DNA of 54,118 nucleotides, filler included, from Jimgerdemannia flammicorona (Eukaryota): the NCBI GenBank assembly GCA_003990765.1. It is 3 parts of 3 records of this genome, joined end to end, with 100 filler letters (N's around TTAATTAATTAA, not from the genome) between each part and the next. Parts side by side here need not be neighbours in the genome. Positions count along the whole stretch, not along the records: positions 1 to 17,976 come from RBNJ01002344.1; 2 more parts are not named here. One strand, 5' to 3'. The first letter of the stretch is position 1. Every line of letters begins with the position of its first letter. The notes beneath the pieces were generated by a model. The model did no database searches. It was not told where the DNA came from and worked only from the letters and a program-made list of their open reading frames with translations. Both the position numbers and the translations under genes were made by a program. Of the stretch, positions 1 to 12,018 are shown one piece after another.

Positions 1-4
1 GGGT

Positions 5-48
<44 letters not shown>

Positions 49-1028
49 GAGGCCCCTAGGGGAATTGGGTAGGGGCAGGGTACTGTGTACTATATAGAAG
101 ATAGATAGGCATATTGGTTAATAAAGGATGGAGTCCGAGTGACTATAAAAAAGTAATATAGAAAAATATACAACCTACATAACTTCAATAAAATTGTCTC
201 TCTTTTACAATACAACAGATAATTGAAACTCAGTGCTTTCTTACAAGAACTCAGAACTTAGAGCTAATAGTCAATCTTAATTATCTATAATGTATTAATT
301 CTATTAATATATAGTTTTATTATGTATATGTATTAACTATTTAAAAATAATAAATAAGCTCTATAGTATTTAAGAGAAGTTTTATTTAAATATTTTAACA
401 AAATAAAAAGATAATATTAAAATAGTAGAATCTTATAGATATATTTTAATAACAGATCTTCAGATATATATTCTTTAATTTTACAAATTTTTAACTTTAA
501 GAGTTAATGAAAAATAATATATTTTTTATATTATAATATATCTTTTTCTATATTATAAAAACTATATCAGATTATATAAAAAGATGTATATCTAATTTCT
601 TTTGAAATTATCTTTAAAATTTTTCTCAATATCATATATTACTAGGTTTATATTTTTAAAATTAATTAAATAGTAAAATTGCACTATTATTGTAAAATAT
701 TTTGATATAGACATAGCTACTATCATCTTAAATTGTCATCATATTTCTTCATATATATTGCCAAGTTACATATGTATCTATTATTCACAGAATATCCTAG
801 CCCTGCCAGCCAAAAAAATCAGTCAGCTCGAAGTGTAACTTTTTAGTTGACATTGATGGTACCTCGCTTCCTTGGACGCTAAGCCTTTTCGAAGCAAAAC
901 TATCTCGGGAAAGCGGTAGGGGTGCCAAACATATCAAAATAGAATGTATGATTTCGAAATCAAATAATGTATATACAATTGCCACATTGCCATGCTTTAA
1001 ATCCTAATGATATTAGTTGTGTCCGTCC

Positions 1029-3548
1029 CTATCCGGTGCGTGAATTCGGCTTGTGCACCGACCGACTCCGTCGCAACTCCTCATTCCCAACCTCCCCCAC
1101 CTCTACCATCTCGCCCGCCGACGCACCAACCTCCTCGCTCACGCTCCCAATATCCAAGGCCATGCTCTCCGTCCGGGCCTCCTCGTTCACCGCCTCCTCC
1201 GCCAAGGGGGTATCCGAACCACGCCCCCACGACCCGGGCACATCAATAGATCCCCTCGTCGTCGCGGGTACATCAATAGATCCCCTCGTCACAGGTACAT
1301 CAATAGGTCCCCTCGTCGCGGGCACGACGATGGACGCGCGCGTCGACCTCAAAAACGGTCGCTCGTCAGTGATATCCTGCTCCGGAGGGGTACGCAGCAT
1401 CTGCGGTGGCTGGTAAAGGCCTGAAGTCGGTCTCCGGCGCGCAGGGACGCGGTAAGAGGGCTGCACGATAGTCGGCGAGTCTAAGCTGAACCTTCTCGGG
1501 AACTGGCCGGCGTCCTGGGAGGAGATTCTCATAGGGGACGAGAGTGGAATGGCGCTCCATGGCCGGACATTGGGCTGGCTCGGAAGCGGGCGTGGCAAGT
1601 CCGGGAAGTCAGGCTGAAAGAACCGGTTTCCGGGCCCGCTGTCGATCTCCGCGGTTTCGTATGATGATCTGCGGTGAGGCTCGTTGTAGCGATTCAAGTT
1701 CGGTTCGATGGTGGTGTGGACGTCGGACTGGCTATTGCGGTACCGGCGGTAGTAGATGAAGGCGGTGACGAGGGCGACGGTTAAGAGGACGGCGGAGCCG
1801 ACGGCGATTCCGATGACCACGCCTATGGAAACCATGTTGTCGTCGTTGCTGTTGCAGCTTCCTGCTGTTACGTTACAGGGCGAGACGAACGGATCGGGGA
1901 TGGGCACGCTTGATGGGAGGAGCCACGTCTTCGTGTACTCGAGGTGATTGGGCGTGTAGGTGGTGAGCCAGATGAAGGTTGTGGTATCAAGGGCGTAAAC
2001 ACCGTTGTCCAATGTAACATTCGTCGGTTTCCCTGTAAATATGATAACAAGTATTAAACTGTTATCTCCTTAAAATTAACCAGAAAAAATGAGAGGGAAT
2101 ACTCACCAAAGAATATAAAACATGTAGTCCCAACCATTACGGCCGAATGTCCCATTCGTGCCGAAGGGGCGGTTCCGTTGGATTGTGGAATAGACCATGC
2201 CGGGATGGCTGCGACCATGTCCAAGACACCAATGTCTGAAGATCGCGAAGGTGGATGCTCTAAATAGTGATGGCTGTGCTTAAAAACAAGACTCTTAGGA
2301 TAAGAAATTCCAAGCTTACCGCCCAACGTTGTCTGATTGCCATTGTTTCCGCCGTGAATGATAATTTTGTTATCGTGGGCTAAGAGAAATGAATATTGGT
2401 AAGCATCGAACAACAGCGATAGCAGTGTGACCAGCGATTTGTTTCGAGAGTTGCTATGAACATACATGAGGATGGGATCAAACTCACTTATGACCGAAAT
2501 GTGATCAAGTCGCGGAACCGGTAAACCATTTTGGAGTTGCGCAATCTGTCATCGTTATGAAAGGTACATATTTAGTGATGCATACCGACGAAGCCTGGAA
2601 TTAGAACATGAGCGTCGGTACCACCGAAAACAATCAGCTTACCAACAAAGTCCACGCGCCCGAGTTTGTATCAAACACAGGGACTTGTGACATTAGAAAT
2701 AATTCTCCCTTCGCCCCCTTCCCACCCAGTAGCACCATCCTCCCATCAGTCAAGATATTCGCCGAATGCCCGAAGCGCCCGCCTCCGGGCGCGACGCCTC
2801 CGACTGGACTCCACGCCAGCGATGGCGTCGTCAGGAGCCTCCATGTGGTGTTGAAGAGTTTGTTGGGCGTGGATGTGGTATTATGACCACCGAAGATCCA
2901 GATGGATCCGTCCTGCGTGCGCGAGACGGCGGTGTGGGAGTCGACGGGGTCGGGGTTCAGGCCCGAGATGTTGAGCTTGCCGCTGAAGGCAGTGGTGGTG
3001 GTGTTGAAAGACCAGAGGGTATTGCTGTCGGCGATGCTGTGGCTTTGGGCATAAACGCCGCCAAAGACATAGAAGAGAGAGTTGTTGTAGCCTCCGATAA
3101 AGGCCGTGTGGCCTGTTGGGGCGCGGGAGTTAGGCGGGAGTGCGACCAAGGATGGTATTGATATGAATGGATATCCATGCCATGGTACACCTACCACTTA
3201 GAGTTGGACTATTCAAGAAAGACCCACTTCCCGTACCCCACGGAGGACTTGTCAGGTTAAAGGGTTTGTCTACGGGTAGAATTAATAGATCGTTCGCGGC
3301 TGGCCCCAAAGTGCTTGTGATCCCGCCATGTATATATACTCTGAGGAGGGTGACGAGATACATGGTTAAACGCTTGGTCGTACGTATACTAAAGCAAGAG
3401 CTCGCCGAGAAAGCGCTTACGTGTTGACGACAAGGGCCGCAGCTGCTCCAGCTCGACCGAGAGCAGTATAACCCGTGGCAACTCTAGAAAGAAGACCAAG
3501 CACGAAGGAGGCGTGTAGCATGCAGTTGAGGCTAGTCGTCATCATCAT
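1029..3548 (-). CDS. Signal peptide + Kelch/galactose-oxidase-type beta-propeller + single TM + disordered cytoplasmic tail (7 exons)
   Basis: Manual splicing with GT-AG introns gives MMMTTSLNCMLHASFVLGLLSRVATG..., then Kelch blades (VYIHGG, GHTAF..FYVFGG, SHTAV..IWIFGG, RFGHSA..MVLLGG, RLDHISV..IIIHGG, ARMGHSAV..CFIFFG). TM segment IGVVIGIAVGSAVLLTVALVTAFIYYRRYR is followed by a Pro/Ser-rich tail. Stop at 1029. Confidence 0.85.
1236..1345 (-). repeat. In-frame 27-30 bp tandem repeats in the Kelch-protein tail (RGSIDVP(A)T x3-4)
   Basis: GG(G/T)ACATCAATAG(A/G)TCCCCTCGTC occurs three times plus a degenerate copy. Confidence 0.75.
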
Positions 3549-4932
3549 TTACGCGACATAAGGAACATCGCGGGGAAAGGGGATCTTGTTTGCTTTGATG
3601 ACAGAAAGGAATCGCGGGGGCTAAAATAAACAAGCTAGCTGTGAGGCCATACGGAACACAACGATCCATGGTACACATCATGTACGACGAGTTCTATTCC
3701 GGATTTTTAGAAGGACCGCTCGTGTGTCACAACTCAAATCACGGGCAGCCGTAATGTTGCACGTTGACACACCCACACCGCGCGGGTTGAACCTTGTGAG
3801 GTGCTCATTCTTTGAGCTTAGCCACTCTAGAGCAGTTGTCCATGAGTGAAATTCCAAAATTGCTACGTAATTATTAGCCTACCAAGTCATATGGAGTTAA
3901 ATACGATAGTATACATACGGTCTTCTAAGAATCTCATACGCGCACCTTGTCCGCATGATTGGTTTCTCGATTATTCAATCTCCGGTGCTTCCTTTTCAAT
4001 TTCAGGAATTTATGTCTACCAGACATGCTTTTGAATGACTTGATTTTTCTCTTTCGTTTTAGAGCTTTTATATTATTTTCTACCTCCAATATAGAGCAAT
4101 ATAAGAACTATAATGGAAAGTGAGTATATACTTCCTGGTCACATAAATATATAAAGCAGGCTATAGTCAAGAGAAACGACGACGAGGGTTATACGGCCTG
4201 CTTAATATACAAGGAAAGGATGCACGGCGTGGCAGCGGAACATAAGTGTATATACATGGTTGAGTACGTGCGGAATGCGGGAAGTTGGCTTATCTACAGA
4301 TGGGCAAAGGTTAGATAGGACATAACATCAGAAAATAAAATTCCACGCAGCCACCTTACGGAACCTTGGTGGCCCTCTGGTAGCAGGAAAGACTAAACTT
4401 AAAAACACCCGAACTTGGCACGCCATTCAATTCAAAAAAAAAAGACGACCCACCGAGGGGGCATTATTTTCAGATCATAAGAGTCGACAGCGCTGCAATG
4501 GGTTCCGGTTAGCGGCGCTCGGTTGCAAGGATTGTCGGAGAGAGTAAGGAGAAAGGGAATGGCACATATCTGACTGAGAGAGAAACAAAAAATCAATTTT
4601 GTGCACGAATGTAATCTGCCGTAGATATCTCCATTGTTTAACGAAACGGCGGGATAGATTTGGGTTGATCTCCCTGAGCGAGAACCTTATCTAGATTATA
4701 TAGATAAACAACTTGAGCATTTTTTTCCTTTAGAAACCCGAGCCGACCCCATGTCTGTAAACGGCTTGACTTGCCGTTTTCGGTTGGATAATCTACAAGT
4801 TGGGTTTGTGTTCCCTCCTTACCATGTGGAGGCCTCATCATCCAATCATAATAGGATGGAACATGGAACACGTCTACATTTTTATATCATAATAGAATAC
4901 AAGCTGTCAAGCTTCACCCCACCAACAGGATC

Positions 4933-6252
4933 ATGTCCACAGCACAGTTCGAACCGGTAGACTTGCTCGAGGCCGCCAAACGGCTCCTCGCAGATTACGA
5001 GATCTGCCCGCGCAACAAGGAACTGATCGAAATACACAAGCGCTGCTTTGCAGGCCACGAGGACAAGCTCGAGCTGAACTACACATTCCTGAGCTGGCAA
5101 AATACCTTGTTTGGATCCCCTTCGAGCGGTTTATTAACGTCACCGTCCTCGGGATAGGAGGATTCGCTTGTGTGTATCGTGGCACCGTTCGGTGGCCCGC
5201 CGAGTCTTTCGTGTTTCTAGATAGAGTTGAAAAGTTGAACTATCGAATTATGAAGGAAACTGTTGAAAGGGATTTTGCAATGAAGGAATTCGACGAAACG
5301 ATGGTGAACGAGGTGGTTACCTGTTTTATTTCTCACTCCCTCCTCGTGGAGACGAAGGGTGAATTTATTCTTCGATGCTCATTTTACGATCTTTCAACAG
5401 CTCATCTTCGCCACTCACATCTCCAACCACCACAAAATCTGGCAAAATCCGACTATGGGGATTATCGGTCTTTCCTACCACCCTACGACCAACAAATACC
5501 TTATAGTTATACACCTCGCCAAATCCTCTCTCGAATCCAGCACCCTAACCAAAGGCTCCACCACCACCTGGGCCATGATATATCATATGGCCACAGAACT
5601 CACCGTCCGCCTGCAAATGCTTCACGACCTCGGCCTCGTTCACAAGGATCTCCACTCGGGCAACGTGGTCATCAACCATAACATTCCATACATGATTGAC
5701 ATCGGCCTCGCCGTCCCAATCAGCCACGCCAACTCCGCACCTGGTGACGGCATCTACGGCCGTCTCGAATACCTCCCCCCTGAGTCCTTGTGTGGCGAAC
5801 CGTATACCGCGGCGTCGGACGTATACTGCCTGGGTACACTGTTCTGGCAATTCGTGGTCGGCGTACCTCCGCGCGGAACCGCCGCCGAGCTAATGACGGA
5901 CGGAATGCGCGAAGAGATGGTTCCCGAGATGCCGGCGGAGTACGAGAATGTCATCCGTGCATGTTGGAATCCGGATCCGGTGAAAAGGCCGTCGGCCAAA
6001 GAGGTTGTGGAAATGCTGAGGACGAATGCAACGGCGATTCGGGAGCATTTGGTGAAGTCGAGTACGATCAAGTATATCAAGGCGAGAGAAAAGGAGTACA
6101 TGGCGAAGACAGAGTCGACTATATTTTTTGCTGAATCTCAGGTGTCGAGGAGCCAATTTCATGTGTACAAAGATCTCATGGAGTACAGCCGTCGGATCTC
6201 AGCGACGACCGACAATGGTAGGATTGGATATGACAAAAAGCGTTATCGGTAG
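4933..6252 (+). CDS. Tyrosine-kinase-like (TKL-type) protein kinase; apparent 1-nt frameshift near 5083 (pseudogene or assembly error)
   Basis: Motifs WIPFERF..LGIGGFACVY (Gly loop), FAMKEF, HKDLHSGN, DIGLA, GRLEYLPPE, SDVYCLG, CWNPDPVKRPSA. One intron runs from ~5314 (gag|gtggtt) to 5400 (tttcaacag). The ATG-4933 frame and the kinase frame differ with no intron between them. Confidence 0.8.
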
Positions 6253-6466
6253 ACTTCTTGGAGTTGGGGTTGTTCCACACCGAGTACGCAATCTCACTTG
6301 TCCTGTTTTTGTTATTCTTCTAAAGTATCAAGTAGCACCAACTTGATGAAGAAATCGAAATGACAAACGTCGCTCAAGAACAAGTGCTTTGTATTCCTCT
6401 GCATCTTACTCAAGTTGTGGTCAGTTTGGATGCTAACATCGAGCGAAACATGCGTATAATAAACTA

Positions 6467-6512
<46 letters not shown>

Positions 6513-6730
6513 CAAAAACATGCTCTTCACAAACACCTAGGGACCCTCACAGTAATGTTGTTCATAGCAAGCCACATTAGCTCGAGTCCATTTTATTATG
6601 CAAGTATTAGGCTTAGCCTAAATATCTAAACAACCAATATCTTCATGTTTTGGAAAGCTGTGTCTCCGTTCTATACAGACATCCTGGACACGTGTTGCCC
6701 AAAGGTCAACGCCGCAAGACAAACCATGTC

Positions 6731-8629
6731 TCATAGCATCAACAAGAAGCCAAACGTTACTAAGCGAGAGGGCAAAGTAAAGCATGTCAGATCAACCTAA
6801 TCAACTTTGCACACCAAAGCTTTTCTGCACAAACCTAGTAATACACCACCCCAACAAGAACAAAAAAAAAAAAAAAACTAACGTGCGACAAACGCGGTGA
6901 TGATGGCCCTCGCCGAGCCCGCGGTCAGTAACGACGCGGTGCTGCTCTTTCCATTGCAGTTTGTCTTATCCGAATTCGTGTCCTCGTTGCCCGTGACGGT
7001 GACGGCAGCCTTTGCGAGGAAGACGGGGTTGGCGAGGTCCTTGTTGGCCGTCCAGTCGTTCACAAGGCTCATGAGGTCGCTCGAGCGGTCCGCAGAGAAG
7101 GGCCAGACGTTATCTCTGAGAAGGGGAAAGTGAGAGGTTAGAGACAAGGAGAGGAATTCTATGCGATACAACGGTGGGACGTACGGATAACAGCACTGAA
7201 GTTGCCTGCGGGTGGTGAGGAATCGGGTCAGGTATGTGGCCTCAGACTCGTTGGCCAGCATGGCCCCGGTCAGGTTGATGATACGCCAGATGTTGATCTT
7301 GGGTTCAACGTACCGCCATCCGTGCTGGATGATTGTGTCTGTGTGATTGGAATCGAATTGTGGGCATCGGCCGTCAGTTACAACACTCTATTTCATGGCT
7401 TGGCTTGTTCGACCCATTCTGTACGCACACTTACCATAAAAAATGGCCTTTCCCAGATTGGTTGTGATCCCAACCAAAGCCGCAAACCTCGTGCTCGGAA
7501 TCAAGTACATATCCGTTGCGAAAGCGATCTCCAGGTTTCGGAAGGCCGAGTCCGAGTGGCACGCCTCGGTTTGCCAGGCGCCGCAGTATCCACTCTAAAA
7601 AAAAAACCTCAGAGTCAGACAGGCCTTTTCACCGACGCAAAACCCCGCCTGTCCGCTCACTCACCAATTGAGCGGTGTTGTTCCTCCCCGCGGTGTCGCA
7701 GATGCTGAGCGACGAGATCGTCGCGAGCGGCTGGATAAACGCCGACAGCGCGTTGTCTGGCATCTGTGTCGTGTAGTTCTTGATCAGACTGTAGGCGTCG
7801 TCCGTGCCGCTCGTGAAGCCGACGTAGCCGCTCGTGAAGCCACGGCCGTCGCCGATATTTTCACAGTAGCTTTGAGTGGAATAGGTGGTGGAATGGTTAG
7901 GTTTGTTTACACTCCCAGGCGTGGAGAGATTCGAAAATGAAGGCAGTGATGGTTGACTCACCCGTATCCTGGATTATTAGAGTCCATCGTTCATGGAATG
8001 TGGAAAACATATGAGCCATTTTCATTAGGAAAATCGTGGTGCTCGCTATACAGAAAGAAGTCATCCTAACCTATAACTGTGTTCCCGTTCTCGAAAACAT
8101 TCGTGATCAACATGGCCATTTTTTGAGTATGGGCGTCAATGGTTCCTTGTGGGAACGCGCTGGGAAACAGGACAGAGAAATCTCAGTCAGAGATGTTTGC
8201 TCGGGGCAATGTTCTAAAGATATGATCGGTTCTAGCGTGCATACCTGATGTTATAGAACTTGGTACCTTTTGGAGTCCATGAAGCAGTGGCATCGGTCAG
8301 TCGTGAATGTAAAAAGCAATGGCGCGCGAACGATTAGCTATTCAGCATAACGAGACACGCGCTTACCGTTTGTCGGGTTAATACAAGGCTAGTAGAACCA
8401 TATAGAGAAGACGATCGATGGAACAAAGTGTTAGCTATGCAGTGCCGGTCACGACTCGTTGAAACCGTGTATATACACCAATTCTTACATTGATTGGGGT
8501 CGTATCAAACTGGAACTGCGCGCACGAAGCAGTGCTCGCTGCAAAGGAGCCAGTGCAGGAGTCCGCGGAGGCCACAGCTACGGACATGTACGCTAGACTG
8601 CCCAGCAAACCAAGAACAAAATTGCGCAT
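6731..8629 (-). CDS. Secreted GH46 chitosanase, probable GPI anchor (10 exons, including a 7-nt microexon)
   Basis: Signal peptide MRNFVLGLLGSLAYMSVAVASA. GH46 motifs: MAMLITNVFENG (catalytic Glu), GYGYCENIGDGRGFTSGYVGFTSGT (catalytic Asp), LGKAIFYDTIIQHG. The last intron (6760-6882) gives the hydrophobic C-terminus ...SARAIITAFVALTFGFLLML*. Confidence 0.88.
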
Positions 8630-9002
8630 GTCGATATGTGAGAGGCTGATGGTGGTGCTGTGTAGGGCTGGAAGAGCAGGGAGACATGCTACGGGTAAAC
8701 ATTGGTTCGGGGCAATATAGTTTCTCTCATGATCCGACAAGATGTCAATTAACCGATTGTGAAGCCAAATACGCAGGGTTCAAAAGCAGGTTGGGTTCCA
8801 CGTACGTTTTTGGGGTTCAAAGAAAAGGAGAGAGATTGTTGTTGCGGCATTATGATGGAGGGATCGGTGGATACACGGGATGCACGGAGGAGTAGGCCGG
8901 ATTTGCCGATTTGCGGTGTTTGTCTAGAATGATGATAAAAAAAGAACGATGAGCCAGATTTGGCTTAAGGTGAGCGTTGGGAGGTGAATTAGATTTTGCG
9001 AG

Positions 9003-9098
9003 GTGTGAGTGGGTGAATTTAGGAGCCGAGCGCAGTGTGAGTGGGTGAATTTAGGAGCCGAGCGCAGTGTGAGTGGGTGAATTTAGGAGCCGAGCGCA
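9003..9098. repeat. Three exact 32-bp tandem repeats in the divergent intergenic region
   Basis: GTGTGAGTGGGTGAATTTAGGAGCCGAGCGCA at 9003, 9035 and 9067, with no spacers. Confidence 0.95.
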
Positions 9099-9243
9099 GA
9101 GGTGAGCCGGAATCCGGCGATGACGACGTCGACCTTGGCGATGCCTGCGCCCCCAACCTAACCCCCACTCAGCCATGTCACTCAAACGATCCCTGCTAGT
9201 TACACTGCCTAGCTTTTGAGAAGACCTTACGCGTGAACCCACA

Positions 9244-11666
9244 ATGTCTGTCAGTGATGCCCAAGGTAATGAAATCAGCGGCCCCCGCCTCTCCCGCCGC
9301 CCCTCCATCGTCAGCATATTCAGCATACCTCCGTCATACGATCAAGTCACACGCGAGGGACCTCCGGATGACACGGCCGACGACCGCATCGTACTCGAGG
9401 AGAACGCGTTTGAGGTCCAGGGCCCGGAGCCTCCGCCTTACCTTATCCCCCAAGATTCATCACCGCCCAGACACGAGCTGGACGCACCGCCGCCGCCAAA
9501 TACCAACACCAGTAATGACTCGGCACCCCCATCACCACCACTCCCAGCATCATCAACCACTCTCTCCCTGCCTTCCGACACGGACCCGCCGACTTCCACG
9601 CCCTTCGACACGGACCCGCCAACCTCCACCCCCTCCGACCCCCTCCCCTTGCCTCCAATCCAAACCTCCCGCACAGACGCTCCTCCGGGCACGCTCAAAG
9701 TCATCTCCGTGAGCGGCCTCTCACAATATACGACAGGCGCCGCCTCGTCCTGCATCCCCTCCTGCATGGAAGCCTGCTTCCAGGTCCTGTATGGCTCGCC
9801 GCTCCGCCTCACCACTCTCGATAACATTCTCAAGGCCGGATCCCAGTACCGCGGCGCGAGCCACATAGAAGCTTCAGAGCTCCAGTCGACTCTGAAGCGC
9901 TACCGCGACACCATTGAGATGGTCGGCGAGCTCCACTACCCGATCGTTGCCCTCGGTACCCTCGTCTCAGACCTGTGCAACGAGGCTCGTAGGCAGAAGT
10001 GCCCCCTCGCAGCCATCATCACAAAGCCTCCAGAGTCCATCATGATCGCCGTACACCCGGATGCCGAACGACCTATCATTCTGTTCGATAGCCACCCAAG
10101 ACCACGACTGCATCCCGACGGCGCCGCGTTCGTTCGCTTCCCCGAATCTCCGGTACTCGTTACTTACCTGCGTCACCTATTCCCCCGACCGCAAGACCTG
10201 CATCTTAAAGACCTTGACGTATACACGGCGACGATCATGGGCAGCGTTTCCGTACTGGCATTTAAGGCTAGGAAAGGTGTAGAGGGAGTGCAGACGACGC
10301 TAGACGAGCGAGAGCTGATGGTACTCGAGATGCAGTACGACAGTTTCGCGCTGCAGCAGGAGAATCTGAGGCTGAGCGAGAAGATGGAAAGCATGAAGAA
10401 GGAGCACCAACGCGAGGTCACGGATTTTGAGGAGATCATTAGGACCATATCGGACGAGCTGATGGCCGTGAGGTTGCAGATGGAGGAGAGGGGCGGACGA
10501 CGGAGGGACGAGTCGTACAGCAACAATAATGGAAGGGGGGACGAGCAGCCTAGGTTGGGATTCAGGGACCGCGCGGTGCAGATGCTATGGGGAAAACCAC
10601 CCCCCGAATCCGGCCGATCAGCACAGTCGCCACGGCAGCAAGATTTTGCTTACTCTTCTATGGAGAGGGGATCAATGGCGGGATCGTCCGGCGAGCAAGA
10701 TTTTGCTTACTCTGCCATGGAGAAGGGATCGATGACGGGATCGTCCGGCGAGCAAGATTTTGCTCACCGGTCGCAACCGCCTTCCGTGATGGCGGGATCG
10801 TTCGCTGATCAAAATTTTGCTCACCGGCCGCAACCGTCTTCCGTGATGGCGGAATCGTCCGGCGAGCGACAGCAAGTTAATTCCCACAACGAGCAGCATC
10901 GCGGCCCCACACCTCTGCGCCACTCCCACGCCAATCGACCTGGCTGGGTATCCAGCTACCAAAGCGACTTCGAACTAGCACAACGACTCTCGCAAGAAGA
11001 CCTTGCCTTAGAGCAATTAAAGCGCGACCAAGCCGTGGCGATGCGGCTCCAGGAGGAATTCGCGCTTGAGGAATCTCGCTACCGCACCGACCGCTCCCAG
11101 GCCGAATCCATCTCCCAGAACATCCTCGAGTGTCCTATCTGCTCAGACAACTACCCGGTCGACGACACATTTCACTTAGACAGCTGCGAGCACTCCTTCT
11201 GCCGCTCCTGCGCAGCACGGTACATCCAGAATGCCGTGGAGTCGCGCACGTTCCCATGCCTATGCCCATGCTGCAAGGCCGCCGAGACCTCGTCGTCGTC
11301 CAGTGGAGCCCACGAGATCCCACAGCAAATGATCCTCTCCGTTCTGAGCGAACGAGAGCAAGTTGTCTGGTTGGAGATGGAGCGCGAGCGTGGCATCACA
11401 AGCGACAGTACGGTCAAGTTCGTCTATTGTCGGAACGGAAAGTGCGGGAAGCCTATCGAGGCCGGCGTCATGGGCGAGACGGAGGGTCTGGCCCATGTGT
11501 CGTGTCCGTATTGTAATCACGATTGGTGTGAGAAGTGTGGGCTTGATACGTGGCATAAGGGTGTCAACTGTGCCAAATACCAGCAGTGGAAGACCGACAA
11601 TGGGAAGGCAGACGAGTTGACAGATAAGATCGTGTTGGAGAAGGGGTATAAACGGTGTCCGGGCAC

Positions 11667-11722
<56 letters not shown>

Positions 11723-12018
11723 TTTTTTTTTGTTTTTTTTTTTTTTTTTTTTTTCACATCTGTCCTGTTCGGTATATGCTGACGGCATTTGTCCTTTTAT
11801 TTTTATTTTTTATTTTTTTGTAAACAGGTCCTAATTGCGGACAGATCATTGAGAAGACCATCGCTTGCAATCATATGAGATGCACCCAGTGCGGAACACA
11901 CTTTTGCTATCTCTGCGGTAAATTCATCACCAAGGCCAATGCGAAGGGGACCATTGATGCTGCCGTTGCCAGCCATTACAGAGGTTGTGCCTTGTTCGAC
12001 GTTCCGAACGAGCATTGA
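9244..12018 (+). CDS. RBR (RING1-IBR-RING2) E3 ubiquitin ligase with an N-terminal herpes-tegument-like (VTD) deubiquitinase domain; 869 aa, 2 exons
   Basis: RING1 CPIC..CEHSFCRSC..CPCC; IBR YCRNGKC..CPYCNHDWCEKC..WHKGVNC; RING2 KRCPGPNCGQIIEKTIACNHMRCTQCGTHFCYLC after removing intron 11663-11827. Upstream domain has SQY..SSC and FDSHPR. Confidence 0.88.
10639..10866 (+). repeat. 4 x 57-bp in-frame tandem repeat (19 aa: QDFA..S.MAGSSGE)
   Basis: Units start at 10639, 10696, 10753 and 10810. Confidence 0.9.

Noticed and set aside
1..47. Poly-G run (telomere or G-quadruplex?)
   Set aside because: Homopolymer with no repeat unit; likely a sequencing or assembly artefact.
9003..9098. CRISPR-like 32-bp repeats
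   Set aside because: No spacers and no cas genes; eukaryotic context.
11668..11823. Poly-Phe TM-like tail of the 859-aa ORF and poly-Lys antisense ORFs (also 6312-6629)
   Set aside because: Translations of intronic or intergenic homopolymers.
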